64,000 bases of DNA from Bacteroidales bacterium (lineage in GTDB: Bacteria; Bacteroidota; Bacteroidia; Bacteroidales; JAAYJT01). The notes beneath the pieces were generated by a model. It searched no databases, was not told the DNA's origin, and saw nothing but the letters and a program-made list of their open reading frames with translations. Position 1 is the first letter of the stretch, and each line of letters begins with the position of its first letter. Below are positions 10,701-18,672 of the stretch, one piece after another. The stretch lies in NCBI GenBank assembly GCA_034370405.1, contig JAXMKY010000026.1, positions 2,740-66,739 on the forward strand, read 5' to 3'. The position numbers were made by a program, and so were the translations under genes.

Positions 10701-10856
10701 GTTCGGACCTCTATAAACCTTGAAATCGAATGTGCGATAACTGGGTTTGTTGCGGCCAAAACTTTGCGCAGCCACATGAGCAGGCACAACCGACATGGCC
10801 AGCAGCCAGGCCAGTGCACTTGTTTGTATAAATTTATGAAATGAAGAGGTATTCAT
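7776..10856 (-). CDS. Outer-membrane multidomain protein: Peptidase_MA-like gluzincin + TolB-like PD40 beta-propeller + C-terminal beta-barrel
   Basis: The signal peptide ends AHVAAQ. HELVH is at aa 144-148, with WMVEGMAEY downstream. There are five SPDG-type PD40 repeats (VSPDGSFIAF, WSPDSKQFAY, WSPDGRYIVF, WSPDGRYILF, FSPSGTTIYF). The C-terminal ~400 aa has alternating-residue beta-strand character and ends ..GLNFMPGW. Confidence 0.75.
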   Translation of the reverse strand: MNTSSFHKFIQTSALAWLLAMSVVPAHVAAQSFGRNKPSYRTFDFKVYRGPNFELYYYFDNDTAINQLANMSEKWFVRHQEIFGDTFPSRNPIIIYENHPDFQQTTAISGSIGIGTQGVTEALKNRVVIPVLETNAQTNHVLGHELVHAFQFNMLINNDSLSLRMIENLPLWMVEGMAEYLSIGSVDAHTAMIMRDALANDDFPTIRKMTRQYKYNPYRYGHSWWSFVAGVFGDTIVRPLFMRTAKVGYEAAIKQMLKIDHKELSEAWKRNLIEHYQPWLADSMRNVTGRKLIFERNAGEINISPSVSPDGSFIAFFSEKNLFTLDLFIADATTGKVRHKLTSSTRNQDIDGFNFFESVGSWSPDSKQFAYVAIVKGKNNLAIVNVSQPRNTEMIEIPGVPSFNNPSWSPDGRYIVFTGQVNGLSNLYLFDVAGRRTRQLTYDQYSYIHPSWSPDGRYILFATDRIFEKTQSDQVNYNFNIGYLSIEDPSQITLVALFPGADNVNPRFSPSGTTIYFLSNRDGLRNLYEYEPESGKVFRLTNYMTGITGITMLSPAFSISNNNKIVYSHLHKGQYSIYSADLNEFNRVEVDPAKTDFTAAILPPVQRGVFTFVDENIALNPIQPIFPADSFEVQPYKPRFALDYIGNTGMGVAVGNYGTGMAGGIFMLFGDILGNNQMFSTISLNGEIYDFGAQVGFLNQKSRLKWGASISHAPYRYSMLGLTYDTILIEGQPTHVENLKLFNFRTFEDQVSLFAWYPMSTTRRVEVGTSAARYYYRLDVFNNYYQGYFRIGQTRERLPTPPGFNLLRASGAYVEDNSFFGLASPMMGHRLRLQADQYLGRMTMTNAVADFRQYFYLKPFALAFRMSHYGRYGKDADNDNNLFYDYFLGYPGMVRGFSSNKLYNMDMFINNDSLIYMLVGSRVALVSAEIRLPLTGPRRLALIKSGFLFSEAALFFDSGLAWNSIDKPKFDPNNIGKDSRYPVFSIGASIRINLFGALVLEPYYAFPFIGNSNAQGVWGLNFMPGW

Positions 10857-10996
10857 CTGTTAGATTTAATTCATACACGAAATAACTTCCAGCATATTAG
10901 TCCTCAAAATTTATGCCATTGATGCATATATTTTCGTCTTTATCAAGAACGAAAAAAGCATGGAAAGGTTGCATCAACCCGTTTTGTTAAAAACAT

Positions 10997-11004
10997 TATC
11001 TTTG
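10997..11004 (+). promoter_or_regulatory. -7 box TATCTTTG upstream of pncB
   Basis: Exact match, 22 bp upstream of ATG 11026. It lies inside the longest-ORF N-terminal extension. Confidence 0.4.
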
Positions 11005-11025
11005 TGTCAATCTGATTTCTCACAA

Positions 11026-12450
11026 ATGATAGATATTCTTAAGCGGCACTCCGGCCTTTATACCGACCATTACCAACTCACGATGGCTCAGGGTTATTTG
11101 CTGAGCAACAGGCACGAGGTGCGGGCCAACTTCGACTATTTCTTTCGTAAGAATCCTTTTAACGGAGCTTATGTGGTTTTTGCCGGATTGAGCGATCTTA
11201 TTGATCTGCTTGAGAATCTGCATTTTTCGGAAGATGATTGCCACTATCTCGAGTCTATCGGGTTTAACCCAAAGTTCACCGAATATCTTCGTGGTTTTCG
11301 TTTCAATGGTAATTTGTTTGCCCCAGCCGAAGGTGAAGTAGTTTTCCCTTACGAACCCATTATCCGCATCGAAGGCAATATTTTGGAAAGCCAGATTATT
11401 GAAACAGCCTTGCTAAACATAATCAACTTCGAGTCGTTGATAGCCACCAAAGCCCATCGCATCCGTATGATTGCCGGCAACCGTGTGCTGGTTGACTTCG
11501 GAATGCGCCGCGCACAAGGCCTGGGCAGCATCCATGCCAGCAAAGCGGCCATCATCGGAGGATTCAACAGCACTTCGAATGTTTACAGTGCTTTTATGTT
11601 TGGGCTAAGGTCAACCGGCACACAAGCCCATTCATGGGTGCAAAGTTTCGACGACGAGTTGTCGGCCTTCAGGGCATTTGCACAGGCTTTCCCAAATCAA
11701 TGTATTCTGTTGGTTGATACTTACGATACACTAAAGACCGGAATCCCCAACGCCATCACTGTAGCAAAGGAGATGGAGGCTGCCGGCCACCGCCTGCTGG
11801 GCATACGCCTCGACAGTGGCGACCTTGCCTACCTGAGTAAACGCGCCCGTAAGATGTTCGATGATGCCGGGCTGCATTATGTTAAAATCGCTTGCTCGAA
11901 CCAATTGGACGAATACGTGATTCGCAGTCTTTTGAATCAAGGGGCTCCCATTGATTTTTTTGGGGTGGGAACGAGGCTGGCTACCGGCCTGGACGATGCT
12001 GTGCTCGACGGAGTGTATAAACTCAGCGCCAGCGATGGGAAACCTAGGCTGAAGATTTCTGAAAACATCGAAAAAATGATCATCCCGAGCATTAAAAAAG
12101 TTTTCAGGTTTATTGACGAGGATGGTAAGCTCTACGCTGATGGCATTGTGCTGGAACATGAAACGAGCATTGATACCATTTTCCACCCCTTCCAAACCGA
12201 TAAATCTTCGGATGTTTCGAAATTGCAGTTCCGTCCCCTGCTTCAACAGATGATGAACCAGGGCAAACGTACGATGGCCCTGCCTACAGCAACTGAGGCC
12301 GCCACCTATACAAAGGTGAGCACTGCCCAGCTACCCGATGAGCATAAACGTCTTGAATTTCCGCACATTTACAAGGTAGGCATCAGCCGCAACCTGCTCG
12401 ATTTGCGGACTTCGATTGTTAATGATATCAGAAACAAACTCAGGAAATAA
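11026..12450 (+). CDS. pncB: Nicotinate phosphoribosyltransferase (long NAPRTase type)
   Basis: LYTDHYQLTMAQGY is near the N-terminus and GTQAHSW is present. I chose ATG 11026 because a TATCTTTG box sits at 10997-11004. The longest ORF starts at 10960. Confidence 0.9.
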   Translation: MIDILKRHSGLYTDHYQLTMAQGYLLSNRHEVRANFDYFFRKNPFNGAYVVFAGLSDLIDLLENLHFSEDDCHYLESIGFNPKFTEYLRGFRFNGNLFAPAEGEVVFPYEPIIRIEGNILESQIIETALLNIINFESLIATKAHRIRMIAGNRVLVDFGMRRAQGLGSIHASKAAIIGGFNSTSNVYSAFMFGLRSTGTQAHSWVQSFDDELSAFRAFAQAFPNQCILLVDTYDTLKTGIPNAITVAKEMEAAGHRLLGIRLDSGDLAYLSKRARKMFDDAGLHYVKIACSNQLDEYVIRSLLNQGAPIDFFGVGTRLATGLDDAVLDGVYKLSASDGKPRLKISENIEKMIIPSIKKVFRFIDEDGKLYADGIVLEHETSIDTIFHPFQTDKSSDVSKLQFRPLLQQMMNQGKRTMALPTATEAATYTKVSTAQLPDEHKRLEFPHIYKVGISRNLLDLRTSIVNDIRNKLRK

Positions 12451-12463
12451 TATCAGAATTTCA

Positions 12464-13045
12464 ATGAAAGCATTATTGATTGTGGACTTGCAGAATGATT
12501 TTTGCCCCGGGGGGGCACTTGCTGTGAAAGAAGGTGATTTAATCGTTCCCGTTGTGAATCAACTGATGCCGCACTTTTCGCTCATAGTGGCCTCGATGGA
12601 CTGGCACCCCAGAAACAGCATACACTTCGAAAAATGGCCTGTTCACTGCCTACAGCATAGCGAAGGGGCGGCTTTTCATCACGACCTCAACAGCGAAAGG
12701 ATTGAAAAAGTATTTTTGAAAGGCACTCAAAACCTTGATGATGGATACTCAGCATTTGAAGCCACCAATTTCAACCTTCCTGAATATCTCAATAACCACG
12801 ATGTCACTGACTTATACATCTGTGGCTTGGCCACCGATTATTGTGTGAAAGCCACAGCATTGGATGCCCAAAAGCATGGCTTCAACACTTTCGTGATCAC
12901 CGATGCCATTCGTGGTGTTGACGTGCATGCCGGCGACAGCGATTGGGCGCTTGAGGAAATGATCTTGGCAGGCGTTATACTTACTCATTCCTCTGCCAGC
13001 ATTACCCCTGTCAGTCGTGGATGTGGTTGCTGCGGATGCTCTTAA
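12464..13045 (+). CDS. pncA: Nicotinamidase/pyrazinamidase (isochorismatase fold) with Cys-rich C-terminal tail
   Basis: ALLIVDLQNDFCPGGALAV and GLATDYCV (catalytic Cys) are present. ATG 12464 lies 13 nt after the pncB stop. The longest ORF (12416) would overlap pncB. Confidence 0.9.
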   Translation: MKALLIVDLQNDFCPGGALAVKEGDLIVPVVNQLMPHFSLIVASMDWHPRNSIHFEKWPVHCLQHSEGAAFHHDLNSERIEKVFLKGTQNLDDGYSAFEATNFNLPEYLNNHDVTDLYICGLATDYCVKATALDAQKHGFNTFVITDAIRGVDVHAGDSDWALEEMILAGVILTHSSASITPVSRGCGCCGCS

Positions 13046-13112
13046 ACCAACATATCACCTGTAGAAGTTCTTCTATGTTTTTTCCGCCTAACATTTTATC
13101 TGTTTATTAAGT

Positions 13113-14351
13113 ATGAAACGATCCATTTACATTACACTGGCTATTGTTGCGACTCTGATTTTGGTTGCCTTGTACTTTTTCGGGCGGAGCAGCAAGGACG
13201 AAACCATTGTGACCACCACTGCCAAACATGGTGAGTTCCGAATTGTGGTGACCACCACCGGTGAGTTGGAGGCCAAAAGCTCAGAAGATATTCATGGTCC
13301 TTCTGGTTTGCGTGAATTCCGTATCTGGCAGGTAAAACTCAACGACATCATCGCCGATGGTACCGTGGTAGATTCGGGTGCCTATATTGCGGCACTCGAC
13401 CGTTCGGATCTGATGAACCAGATGAAAGACCTTGAAAATGAACTGGAGAAGCTCTATTCGCAACATACTAAAACCAAGCTCGACACTTCGATGGAGATGC
13501 GCAACGCCCGCGAAGAGTTGATCAACCTTCAATATGCGCTCGAAGAGTTGAGAATAAAAGCTGACCAGAGCATCTATGAACCACCTGCCACACAGCGCCA
13601 GATACAGATTGACCTCGAAAAAGGGCAGCGCGCTTATGAGCAAAGTAAAAAAAACTATGACCTCAAACATCAGAAAGCCCGCGCCAATATGCAGGAGGTG
13701 AGTGCTTCATTACAGCAATCGGAGCGCAAATACCAGATCATGAAAGAAACCATCAAGCAATTTACAATCTATGCCCCCAAGGCAGGCATGGTGATCCATA
13801 AGCGAAACTGGGATGGAACCAAGCAAGGCATAGGCTCAACCATAAACACCGGGTGGAACAATGTAGTGGCCTCGCTACCCAACCTAAGCGAGATGATAAG
13901 CAAAACCTATGTGAATGAGATAGACATAAGCAAAGTGAAAACCGGTCAACTTGTTGATATTGGTGTTGATGCCTTTCCCGATAAGAAATATACCGGCAAG
14001 GTGCTTGAAGTAGCTAATATCGGCGAGCAATTGCGCAACGCCAATGCCAAGGTGTTTGAAGTGAGGATTTTTGTAAACGAGAGCGACTCCATCCTGCGTC
14101 CAGCCATGACCACCAAAAATGCCATCATCACCGAAGTGATTGATGATGCAGTATTTGTACCGCTCGAGTGTATCCACACCCAGGATACCATCTCCTATGT
14201 TTACCGTGCCGGGCGCCAGGTGAAGCAGCAAGTGAAGCTCGGGCGAAGCAACGAAAACGAGATTGTGGTGCTCGAAGGTTTGAGCCAGGGTGATGAGGTA
14301 TACCTTACCCCACCAGCCAACGGCAATAAATGGAAACTCATCAACCTGTAA
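13113..14351 (+). CDS. Efflux transporter periplasmic adaptor subunit (HlyD/MacA family)
   Basis: There is an N-terminal TM anchor, a long coiled-coil segment (LENELEKLYSQ...LEELRIKAD) and C-terminal beta-barrel-like segments. It sits immediately upstream of an FtsX permease. Confidence 0.85.
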   Translation: MKRSIYITLAIVATLILVALYFFGRSSKDETIVTTTAKHGEFRIVVTTTGELEAKSSEDIHGPSGLREFRIWQVKLNDIIADGTVVDSGAYIAALDRSDLMNQMKDLENELEKLYSQHTKTKLDTSMEMRNAREELINLQYALEELRIKADQSIYEPPATQRQIQIDLEKGQRAYEQSKKNYDLKHQKARANMQEVSASLQQSERKYQIMKETIKQFTIYAPKAGMVIHKRNWDGTKQGIGSTINTGWNNVVASLPNLSEMISKTYVNEIDISKVKTGQLVDIGVDAFPDKKYTGKVLEVANIGEQLRNANAKVFEVRIFVNESDSILRPAMTTKNAIITEVIDDAVFVPLECIHTQDTISYVYRAGRQVKQQVKLGRSNENEIVVLEGLSQGDEVYLTPPANGNKWKLINL

Positions 14352-14357
14352 AATACT

Positions 14358-15698
14358 GTGGAGCGTCACGCCTATAATCTGCAGATTGCCATCGAAGCGG
14401 TTTTTGCCAACAGGTTTCGTTCTATCCTCACGGCGTTGGGCATCATTTTTGGGGTTGCCGCCGTCATCGCTATGCTCGCCATCGGAAGCGGTGCACAGCA
14501 GGAGATACTGGAGCAAATCAAGCTGGTTGGGGTGAATAATATCATCATCATTCCTAAGAGAACCGATGATGCAGACCAGGAACAGGAACAAGCCCAGCAA
14601 CGGGCTAAGAAGTACTCACCCGGTTTGACTCTGCTGGATGCCAAAAGCATACGGGAAATCATTCCATCAGTTGCCAACGTTAGCCCCGAAGTGGTGTATG
14701 AAGCACCCATCATCAAAGATGGTATGCGCGGCATGACAAAACTTACCGGGGTAACCACCGATTTTTTTGAAGTGTTTAACCTGAGGGTCGAAAAAGGGTA
14801 TTTGTTCACACTGGACCATCTTGAGAATGGCCGACCGGTAGCCCTCATTGGATCGGGGGTGAAAATCAGATTCTTTCCGAATAAAGACCCTATTGGTGAA
14901 TACATTAAGTGTGGCCATGTGTGGTTGCAGGTGATCGGAGTGCTCGAAAACCGTGCTGCCAGCGGCGAAAGCACCGAGGAATTAGGAATCAGCGACTACA
15001 ACAACAGCATTTATGCACCCATACAGACAGTGTTGCTACGATTTAAAGACCGTTCGCTGGTAACCTCTGCTTCTGTATCGGGAGGCAGTTCGGTTGTGTT
15101 TTTCGAGGGTGGTATGGCTTCGTACCTCAGTAGCGGAGGCGAAACCGATAACCAACTTAATAAGATCGTAGTTCAGGTGCATGAAAGCAGTCAGTTAGCC
15201 CCTACCTCCGAAATCATCCGCCGCATGCTCAAACGACGCCATCAGGGGGTTGATGATTTTGAGATCAAGATTCCCGAAATGCTGCTCAAACAGGAGCAGC
15301 GCACCAAAGATATCTTTAATATCGTGTTGGGTGCCATCGCCGGTATTTCGCTGGTTGTTGGCGGTATCGGCATCATGAACATTATGCTCGCCTCGGTTAT
15401 GGAACGCATCAAAGAGATAGGTATCCGCCAGGCTAGTGGTGCACGCAAAACAGATATTGTGTTCCAGTTCCTGGCCGAAGCCACCATGATCAGCCTTAGT
15501 GGTGGAATTATTGGAATACTGCTGGGGATTGGCCTGGCCAAACTAATTACAGAGTTTACTGGAATCCTCACCATTATTTCTCCTTTTTCTATTCTTATTT
15601 CATTTGGTGTAGCAGCAACGGTTGGTATTGTTTTCGGTTATATGCCCGCTAAACGCGCCTCGGAGCAGGACCCGCTGACGAGTTTGAGGTATGAGTAG
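14358..15698 (+). CDS. ABC transporter permease, MacB-like (MacB_PCD + FtsX domain), no fused ATPase
   Basis: The N-terminus AIEAVFANRFRSILTALGIIFGVAAVIAMLAIG is present. There is a large periplasmic domain and a C-terminal FtsX block (MERIKEIGIRQASGARKTDIVFQFLAEA). The start is GTG, 7 nt after the adaptor stop. Confidence 0.9.
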   Translation: MERHAYNLQIAIEAVFANRFRSILTALGIIFGVAAVIAMLAIGSGAQQEILEQIKLVGVNNIIIIPKRTDDADQEQEQAQQRAKKYSPGLTLLDAKSIREIIPSVANVSPEVVYEAPIIKDGMRGMTKLTGVTTDFFEVFNLRVEKGYLFTLDHLENGRPVALIGSGVKIRFFPNKDPIGEYIKCGHVWLQVIGVLENRAASGESTEELGISDYNNSIYAPIQTVLLRFKDRSLVTSASVSGGSSVVFFEGGMASYLSSGGETDNQLNKIVVQVHESSQLAPTSEIIRRMLKRRHQGVDDFEIKIPEMLLKQEQRTKDIFNIVLGAIAGISLVVGGIGIMNIMLASVMERIKEIGIRQASGARKTDIVFQFLAEATMISLSGGIIGILLGIGLAKLITEFTGILTIISPFSILISFGVAATVGIVFGYMPAKRASEQDPLTSLRYE

Positions 15699-15796
15699 GC
15701 AGCGGCAGTGGCAGTGGCAGCGGCAGGAGGCAGTGGCAGGAGGCAGTGGCAGTAGGCAGCGGCAGTGGCAGTGGCAGTAGGCAGTGGCAGTGGCAG
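15698..15796 (+). repeat. Tandem GGCAGY(n) hexamer/heptamer array (16 units, 99 nt)
   Basis: The array reads ggcagc ggcagt ggcagt ggcagc ggcagga ggcagt ggcagga ggcagt ggcagta ggcagc ggcagt ggcagt ggcagta ggcagt ggcagt ggcag. It starts on the last base of the permease stop codon. Confidence 0.95.
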
Positions 15797-16138
15797 AAGA
15801 AATTCCAGTTGCGTTTGTTTTCTTTCGGAAATGGTTAGTGAAAAGGAAATGCTCAATAAATCTCATGCATTGAACAAAACCCTGGTAACAAGAAACGCGA
15901 AATAAATGGTTTACTGGAAGCCATGAGTTTCTTTGACCTTGATTCCGGAACCATACTAACTATGGATCAGGAATGGGAGATCGAAACTGAAGGGAAGAAT
16001 ATCAGTGTTTTGCCGGTTTGGAAATGGACGCTACGGGACCGAAGTTTGTTTTATGAATCTTGATCCATCACAAATACAGGATACAAAGTACCAAATGCGA
16101 CGATTTATGGTTGCAAAGTTTTTCAATATTCTATTATC

Positions 16139-17620
16139 ATGAAAAAAATCCACCTGCTTGCTTTGATTTATTTACTTTGTGCCGAGACCTTTGCTGTTCA
16201 CGCCCAGCCCAGGGTCATGAAAATTACCCTGCAAGATGCGATTGACCTGGCTCGTCAGCAATCGCCTGATGCTTTGCTGGCAAGGCACCGTTTCAGAAAT
16301 AGCTACTGGCAGTTTCGTACTTATGAGGCTGGTTTTTTGCCTATGCTCAGCCTCGATGCCACCTTGCCGGAGCTGAACCGTTCTATTGACCGCATCACCC
16401 AGCCCGATGGCAGCGAAGCTTTCCGCGATAGAAGATACCTGAGTTCAATCATGAACCTTTCGTTGAGCAAGAATATCGGGTTCACGGGGGGGCAGGTTTT
16501 TATGAATACCAACCTTCAGCGGATTGACATTTTTGCTGATTCCACCATCACCTCCTATCTCTCCACACCCCTAAACATTGGGTTCCGACAGCCCTTGTTT
16601 GCACATAACCCATTTCGCTGGAGCCGGCGGATTGAACCGTTGCGCTACAACGAAGCACAACGCCGTTATGTCGAAGACATGGAGCAGGTGGCCATCACGG
16701 CTATCAACTATTTTTTCGATCTGCTGCTGGCACAGATTCGCAACCAGATACAACACCTCAACAGTGCCAATAACGATACGCTTTACCGTATCAATCAAGG
16801 TCGTTTCAATATGGGAACCATTGCCGAGAACGAACTGTTGCAGAGTGAGCTGAACCTGCTGTCATCCAACGCCCAGCTCGAAAGCTCCCTGCTGGAACTG
16901 GAATCCAAACAGTTTGATCTCAAGTCCTTTCTGCGATTGAAACAGGAGGATTTGATTAAGCTTGTTCCTCCGTCGCCTACCCTACAGTTGCGTGTTGACC
17001 CGAATACAGCCATTACTCACGCGCTTAGTTTTCGTTCCGATGCCCTGAGTTTTGAGCGGCGGTTGATCGAAGCTGAATCATCTGTGGGCAAAGCACGATC
17101 GGATGGTCGGTTCAATGCTAACCTGTATGCTGTGTATGGCCTCACACAAAGTGCCGCTGAGCTGAAAAATGCCTACTTGAACCCTCAGGATCAGCAACGC
17201 CTGATTGTTGGTGTTCAGGTTCCGATCCTCGACTGGGGGCTGGGACGTGGAAAGATTAAAATGGCTGAGTCATCGCAGGAGTTGGTGAAAACCTCTGTAG
17301 AGCAGGAACAGATTGACTTCGACCGGCAGGTGTTTCTAAAAGTGATGCAATTTAACATACAGCAAAACCAATTAACGATAGCTGCCCGCAGCGACACAGT
17401 GGCACAAAAACGATATCAAGTAACAAAACAACGTTACCTCATTGGTAAGATTGGCATTGTGGAGCTAAACATGGCACAAACCGAGAAAGACAATGCGGTG
17501 CAGGGGTACATTTCGTCGCTGCATAATTATTGGCGCAATTACTACGAAATGCGTAAGCTAACACATTTCGACTATATCCGTAACGAACAAATCTCAATCA
17601 GCCTCGACGAATTGAAATAA
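16139..17620 (+). CDS. TolC-family outer membrane efflux protein
   Basis: 493 aa with a signal peptide ending VHAQ. It has a two-fold repeat of helical OEP-like segments and follows the adaptor and permease genes. Confidence 0.85.
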   Translation: MKKIHLLALIYLLCAETFAVHAQPRVMKITLQDAIDLARQQSPDALLARHRFRNSYWQFRTYEAGFLPMLSLDATLPELNRSIDRITQPDGSEAFRDRRYLSSIMNLSLSKNIGFTGGQVFMNTNLQRIDIFADSTITSYLSTPLNIGFRQPLFAHNPFRWSRRIEPLRYNEAQRRYVEDMEQVAITAINYFFDLLLAQIRNQIQHLNSANNDTLYRINQGRFNMGTIAENELLQSELNLLSSNAQLESSLLELESKQFDLKSFLRLKQEDLIKLVPPSPTLQLRVDPNTAITHALSFRSDALSFERRLIEAESSVGKARSDGRFNANLYAVYGLTQSAAELKNAYLNPQDQQRLIVGVQVPILDWGLGRGKIKMAESSQELVKTSVEQEQIDFDRQVFLKVMQFNIQQNQLTIAARSDTVAQKRYQVTKQRYLIGKIGIVELNMAQTEKDNAVQGYISSLHNYWRNYYEMRKLTHFDYIRNEQISISLDELK

Positions 17621-17713
17621 TTTTTCAGACAGGGTTTGCAGGATTACTCGTCCGTGCACTTAAAACAGCTTGATGGTTATTGCGACAAGTTTTGCTGTAA
17701 AAAACAGACACGA

Positions 17714-17738
17714 TTACCAGGATAGACCGGCCTGGTAA
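17714..17738. terminator. Hairpin between convergent tolC-like and fabD genes
   Basis: ttaccagg / cctggtaa form an 8-bp stem with a 9-nt loop. There is no U-tract. Confidence 0.3.
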
Positions 17739-17777
17739 CATGTCAAATAGAATAACTTTATCAGGGCAGGCACTTTG

Positions 17778-18653
17778 TTATGCACTGCCAACCTCTACCG
17801 AAGCATCAACCTTTTTTACCAATCCTTGCAATACAGTGCCAGGGCCAACTTCCACGAAAGTAGTGGCACCATTGGCAATCATGTTTATCATTGTTTGTGT
17901 CCAGCGAACCGGCGAAGTTAGCTGGGCGATGAGGTTCTGACGGATGACAACAGGATCGGTTGTGGGTTTTGCATTCACATTCTGGTAAATGGGGCAAATG
18001 GGAGTATTGATCACTGCACGATTGATGGCTTCGGCCAGTTCCATTTTTACCGGCTCCATCAGGGGCGAATGGAAAGCGCCGCCCACTTGAAGTGGCAACG
18101 CCCTTTTGGCACCGGCTTCCTTTAATTTTTCACAGGCAATTTCAATTCCTTTCATTGAACCAGAAATGACCAGCTGGCCGGGACTGTTATAATTGGCCGG
18201 TACAACTATTTCGTCAATACTTTTAAGCACATCTTCAACTATGTTATCGTCGAGGCCAATTATCGCGGCCATGGCGGAGGGGTTTGCCTCGCAGGCTTTT
18301 TGCATGGCCATAGCCCGGGCGCTTACCAGCTTCAGGCCTTCGCTAAAAATCAGGGCTTTGGTTGCAACGAGCGCAGAAAATTCACCCAGCGAGTGCCCAG
18401 CAACCATATTGGGTTGAAAATCAGGCCCCAGCGTTGCGGCTAATATAACCGAGTGCAGGAAAATGGCCGGTTGGGTAATCCTGGTTTGGCGCAGGTGTTC
18501 GTCGGTGCCGTGAAACATCAGGTCGGTGATACGGAAGCCAAGAATGTCGTTGGCTTCTTCGAACATTACTTTGGCTACGCCGTGTTTATCATACAGATCT
18601 TTGCCCATGCCTACAAACTGGGCACCTTGTCCCGGGAAAATATACGCTTTCAT
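17778..18653 (-). CDS. fabD: Malonyl-CoA:ACP transacylase
   Basis: FPGQGAQFVGMGKDLY and GHSLGEFSAL (active-site Ser) are present. Size is 291 aa. Confidence 0.96.
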   Translation of the reverse strand: MKAYIFPGQGAQFVGMGKDLYDKHGVAKVMFEEANDILGFRITDLMFHGTDEHLRQTRITQPAIFLHSVILAATLGPDFQPNMVAGHSLGEFSALVATKALIFSEGLKLVSARAMAMQKACEANPSAMAAIIGLDDNIVEDVLKSIDEIVVPANYNSPGQLVISGSMKGIEIACEKLKEAGAKRALPLQVGGAFHSPLMEPVKMELAEAINRAVINTPICPIYQNVNAKPTTDPVVIRQNLIAQLTSPVRWTQTMINMIANGATTFVEVGPGTVLQGLVKKVDASVEVGSA

Positions 18654-18672
18654 AAGTAGGTCTGTTTAGCAG

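Noticed and set aside
10960-11025. N-terminal extensions given by longest-ORF models: pncB 10960, pncA 12416, bactofilin 20205, recG 35226, acetyltransferase 46136, aminotransferase 47274, OM protein 48306, waaA 49143 and T9SS cargo 61436.
   Set aside because: The extensions overlap upstream genes or promoter boxes, use TTG or GTG, or destroy otherwise good signal peptides. Internal ATGs give family-typical N-termini. Start positions remain predictions.
13884-14600. A 238-aa minus-strand ORF spanning the adaptor/permease junction.
   Set aside because: It is antisense to two strongly supported, tightly coupled genes and has no recognisable motifs.
15698-15796. Possible CRISPR array.
   Set aside because: The units are 6-7 nt and contiguous with no spacers. 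No cas genes are present in the window.
15600-15866. Minus-strand ORFs (88 and 72 aa) with striking Cys/His-rich 'CHCHCRCLLPLPPATA' sequence that look like a metallothionein or repeat peptide.
   Set aside because: They are simply the translation of the CTGCC(A/G) tandem array. They overlap the 3' end of the well-supported permease gene on the opposite strand. They have no promoter box or plausible start context.
15923-16063. A 46-codon ORF (MSFFDLDSGTILTMDQEWEIETEGKNISVLPVWKWTLRDRSLFYES) in the 440-bp permease-tolC spacer.
   Set aside because: I recognised no domain and no TAnnTTTG box upstream. It is too short to distinguish from chance. It could be a gene remnant, but I cannot support a call.
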